From Neisseria sp. (lineage in GTDB: Bacteria > Pseudomonadota > Gammaproteobacteria > Burkholderiales > Neisseriaceae): a stretch of DNA of 64,000 bases. Location: positions 86,141 to 150,140 of the forward strand of contig NZ_JAUMZU010000001.1 in the NCBI RefSeq assembly GCF_030527965.1. Reading direction: 5' to 3'. The notes under the pieces were generated by a model. It did no database searches. It was not told where the DNA came from and saw nothing but the letters and a program-made list of their open reading frames with translations. A program made the translations under genes and the position numbers. This document shows positions 60,846-64,000 of the stretch, one piece after another. Positions within the stretch are counted from its first letter, which is position 1, and every line of letters starts with the position of its first letter.

Positions 60846-62165
60846 ATGAGCGATTCACAATTAAGAAATAACCCTTATAAGGTGGCGATAGCCTCGATGA
60901 TAGGCACCGCCATCGAATTTTATGATTATTATATTTATGCGGCAGCGGCGGTGCTGGTGTTTAACACGCAGTTTTTCGATAAAAGCGATCCTACCGTGGC
61001 GATTTTGCTTTCTCTTTCCACTTTGGCACTCGCTTTTTTTGCCCGTCCGATCGGCTCGGTTATCTTCGGCCATTTCGGCGATAAAATCGGCCGCAAGAAA
61101 ACGCTGGTGGCTTCCTTGTTAACTATGGGGCTTTCTACCGTTCTCATCGGCCTTTTGCCAACTTATGAAAGCATCGGTTTATGGGCACCTTTGCTTTTAT
61201 GCCTGTGCCGTATCGGGCAGGGTTTGGGCTTGGGCGGCGAATGGGGCGGAGCGGCTTTAGTGGCTACGGAAAATGCGCCGGAAGGCAAGCGCGCATGGTT
61301 CGGTACGTTTCCGCAATTGGGCGCCCCCATCGGTTTGTTTCTGGCTAACGGCGTGTTTTTCGTGATTAGCTCGCAAATCGGTCATGACGCATTGGTGGAA
61401 TGGGGCTGGCGCATACCGTTTATCCTTTCGTTGGCTCTGGTGGCAGTGGGCTTGTGGATGCGGCTATCGTTGCATGAAAGCCATGTATACCGTGAGGCGG
61501 AAGCGGAAGGTAAAACGGTGAAAGCGCCGGTGAAAGCCGTTATCCGTGATTATTGGCGGCCGATTGTGCAGGGTACGTTCATCATGGTGGCGACTTATGT
61601 GCTGTTTTATATCATGACAGCGTTTGTGCAGGTTTATTCGAAAGGTAGCACCAATCTTTCTCCTGCGGGCCATCCGATGGGCTTGGGCATTCCGGCGAAC
61701 ACCTTTACCGGTTTCTTGCTGGTCGGCGCCGTTATTTTCGGAATTTTTACCAGCATTTCCGGTGTACTGGCCGATAGAATCGGACGCCGCCGCTTTTTAA
61801 TCGGCACCACCTCCGCCATTATTTTGTTCGGCTTGAGCATGCATGCTTTTCTGTATCAGGGTTCGCCGGCCAACGTGATGGGCTTTCTTGCCGTCGGGTT
61901 TATCTTGATGGGCTTTACTTTCGGGCCGATGGCGGCTTTGTTGCCGGAATTGTTTCCCACGCATGTCCGTTATTCCGGTGCGTCGCTGGCTTACAATCTT
62001 TCCGCTATCGTTGGCGCTTCTCTGGCTACCATGCTCGCTATTGAATTGAATCTGCGATACGGTTTATACGGCGTAGGTATTTACTTGGCAATAAACGGTA
62101 TTTTGACTTTGATTGCGCTCTTCAGCACCAAAGAAACCAAAGATATCGATTTAACAGAAGAGTGA
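60846..62165 (+). CDS. MFS transporter (metabolite:H+ symporter family, ProP/ShiA-like)
   Basis: 439 aa; 12 TM; GHFGDKIGRKK MFS motif. Confidence 0.85.
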   Translation: MSDSQLRNNPYKVAIASMIGTAIEFYDYYIYAAAAVLVFNTQFFDKSDPTVAILLSLSTLALAFFARPIGSVIFGHFGDKIGRKKTLVASLLTMGLSTVLIGLLPTYESIGLWAPLLLCLCRIGQGLGLGGEWGGAALVATENAPEGKRAWFGTFPQLGAPIGLFLANGVFFVISSQIGHDALVEWGWRIPFILSLALVAVGLWMRLSLHESHVYREAEAEGKTVKAPVKAVIRDYWRPIVQGTFIMVATYVLFYIMTAFVQVYSKGSTNLSPAGHPMGLGIPANTFTGFLLVGAVIFGIFTSISGVLADRIGRRRFLIGTTSAIILFGLSMHAFLYQGSPANVMGFLAVGFILMGFTFGPMAALLPELFPTHVRYSGASLAYNLSAIVGASLATMLAIELNLRYGLYGVGIYLAINGILTLIALFSTKETKDIDLTEE

Positions 62166-62245
62166 TATTTCATTCATAAACACAATGTCTGTCTGAATAT
62201 GTTTTCAGACAGGCATTATTTTGTTTGAACTCAGAATGCAATAGC

Positions 62246-63079
62246 TTAATAACCTAAGCGCTGGCAAATCGTAGACACCAAACCGGCTTGGTTCAAAGTA
62301 TAAAAATGGAGGCCGGGAGCGCCTTCGCGCAATAAACGGCCGCACATTTCCGTTACTACGTCGAGCGCAAGGGCTTTGATGGAGGCGGTGTCATCGGCAT
62401 AAGACTGCAACCGCAAACGCAGCCAACGCGGGATTTCCGCTCCGCAAGTATCGGAAAAACGGGTCAGCTTGGAAAAGCTGGCAATCGGCATGATGCCGGG
62501 AATAATCGGAATATCTACGCCGCGGCCTTGTACGTCGTCGACAAAGCGAAAATAAGCGTCGGCATTATAAAAATATTGCGTGATGGCGGAATCGGCACCA
62601 GCATTGGCTTTGCGCACGAAATTGTTCAAGTCGTCTTCCGCGCTGCGCGCTTGCGGGTGGTATTCGGGATAAGCCGCTACTTCAACGTGGAAATGGTTGC
62701 TAAATTCGTTTTTAATCAATGAAACCAATTCGTTGGCATAAAACATGCCGTCCGTGCCGGCACCCATGCCGGAGGGAATATCGCCTCGAAGTGCCACAAT
62801 ATGGCGAACGCCGATGTTTTTGTATTCATTAAGCAAGGCTACTACTTCTTGCGGCTGCATGCCGATGCAGGGTAGGTGCGGTGCGGCCGCGGTGCCTTCG
62901 CTGATGATGTCTTTGATGGTTTGCATGGTGCCTTCGCGAGTGGAACCGCCGGCACCGGAGGTGCAGGAAAAAAAATCCGGCGAATATTGGCTGAGCTGCT
63001 TGCGGGTAAAGACTTGTTTGGCACGGCCTTCCGGCGTGCGGGTCGGGAAAAATTCAAAACTCAATTTGGGGAGGTTCAT
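62246..63079 (-). CDS. metF: 5,10-methylenetetrahydrofolate reductase MetF
   Basis: MNLPKLSFEFFPTRT... canonical MetF; ATG 63079 with RBS ggaag (track start is upstream extension). Confidence 0.9.
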   Translation of the reverse strand: MNLPKLSFEFFPTRTPEGRAKQVFTRKQLSQYSPDFFSCTSGAGGSTREGTMQTIKDIISEGTAAAPHLPCIGMQPQEVVALLNEYKNIGVRHIVALRGDIPSGMGAGTDGMFYANELVSLIKNEFSNHFHVEVAAYPEYHPQARSAEDDLNNFVRKANAGADSAITQYFYNADAYFRFVDDVQGRGVDIPIIPGIMPIASFSKLTRFSDTCGAEIPRWLRLRLQSYADDTASIKALALDVVTEMCGRLLREGAPGLHFYTLNQAGLVSTICQRLGY

Positions 63080-63212
63080 GGGGCAGCTTCCGTAAAATCT
63101 TTGTTGTTTTGTAACGAGTTGGGTTGCGAATGCCTGTCTGAAAGACAAACAGGCATCGGTTAAACTTTCAGACAGGCATTAAGTATAAAGATATAAAGAA
63201 TGGTTGAAACCT

Positions 63213-64000
63213 TCAATCATCGCGCTGTTGCAGATGATAAATCTGCGCCACTGCATCTAATAAATCGTTATTATGGCCGCCTGCTTTGGAGAGGGTTTGG
63301 GTAGGAGAGTGCAGCAGTTTGTTGGTTAGCTGCACCGACAATCTTTCCAATACTTCTTCCGGCGATGCGCCCTTGGCAAGCTGTTTCATCGCGTTTTCCA
63401 ATACATGACGCCGTGCCCGCTCACCTTCGTCGCGCAAGGCGCGAATAAGAGGCACATTCTGCCGGCTACGCTGCCAATCAATAAATTCGACTACTTTCTG
63501 CTCTACCATCGATTCCGCTTCTTCAGCGGCTTTCTGCCGCGATTCTTTGCCGCTTTCAATGATGCCGGTCATGTCGTCGACGGTGTAGAGGTAAATATCG
63601 TCCAGCTCGCTGACCTGAGCTTCAATATCGCGCGGCACGGCCAAATCCAGCATGAAGACGGGCATATGCTGCCGCTGCTTCAGCGCGGTTTCCACCATGC
63701 CTTTGCCGATTATGGGCAACTGACTGGCCGTGGAAGAAACCACCACATCATAATCTGACAGCACAGCAGGCAAATCGCTCAAGAGACAAGGATCGGCATT
63801 GACCCCGAGTTTATCGCACAATTCCTGCGCACGAGGCAATGTGCGGTTGGCAACCGTAATCAGATTCGGCTGTTTGGCGGCAAAATAAGTCGCCACCAAT
63901 TCAATCATCTCGCCTGCGCCGACAAACAATACGTTTAAATCGCTTACAGAGGGAAAAATCTGCTCTGCCATCTTGACCGAAGCGGCCGCCATCGAAACCG
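63213..64000 (-). CDS. hemA: Glutamyl-tRNA reductase HemA (C-terminal part; gene continues past window end)
   Basis: NADPH-binding VLVIGAGEM and dimerisation domain; N-terminus beyond 64000. Confidence 0.85.
   Translation of the reverse strand, partial: VSMAAASVKMAEQIFPSVSDLNVLFVGAGEMIELVATYFAAKQPNLITVANRTLPRAQELCDKLGVNADPCLLSDLPAVLSDYDVVVSSTASQLPIIGKGMVETALKQRQHMPVFMLDLAVPRDIEAQVSELDDIYLYTVDDMTGIIESGKESRQKAAEEAESMVEQKVVEFIDWQRSRQNVPLIRALRDEGERARRHVLENAMKQLAKGASPEEVLERLSVQLTNKLLHSPTQTLSKAGGHNNDLLDAVAQIYHLQQRDD

Noticed and set aside
1-64000. CRISPR arrays, IS elements/transposases, integrases, prophage genes
   Set aside because: No regularly spaced direct repeats other than DUS, and no transposase- or integrase-like ORFs were recognised. 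The only mobile-looking content is the orphan virD4 block and the small AT-rich islets.

Overview
This 64-kb window reads as chromosomal DNA from a Neisseriaceae-type genome. The 12-mer gcctgtctgaa (DNA uptake sequence, DUS; close to the TG-wadDUS dialect TGCCTGTCTGAA) occurs about 45 times, often as inverted pairs that form intergenic terminator hairpins. Most of the window is housekeeping: dusC, cls, arfA, metXW, prmB, purM, ribBA/ribE, corA, a cysG-cysH-cysD-cysN-cysJ sulfate-assimilation operon, bamD/rluD/pgeF, dnaB, the minor-pilin operon pilH-I-J-K-X, rmlD, cysTWA, fadD, mnmA, rnr, two tRNA-Leu(CAG) plus tRNA-Ser(GGA), glnD, metF and a partial hemA. The segment most worth a second look is a ~4.8-kb stretch at 17.3-22.1 kb. 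It holds two tandem paralogous lipoproteins with a duplicated promoter/5' module on diverged 3' domains. The second lipoprotein is translationally coupled to a 449-aa class-3 lipase that has no signal peptide (AAHRGTE and GHSLGG motifs). An orphan VirD4/TraG-type type IV coupling protein follows, with no relaxase or VirB genes in the window. This looks like a lipase effector / lipoprotein immunity module, possibly delivered by a bacteria-killing T4SS (X-T4SS-like) or alternatively a T6SS Tle/Tli module. Other notable items: a dispersin-B-like GH20 hexosaminidase with an acidic N-terminal domain, a transmembrane segment and a ~270-aa S/T/N/Q-rich linker; arfA with an intrinsic terminator hairpin inside its 3' coding end (non-stop mRNA mechanism); an AT-rich islet with a small 2-TM ORF; and a hexapeptide acetyltransferase gene inserted between rluD and pgeF. 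The supplied ORF track treats TTG/GTG as starts, so several ORFs were trimmed to internal ATG starts supported by RBS and homolog alignment.
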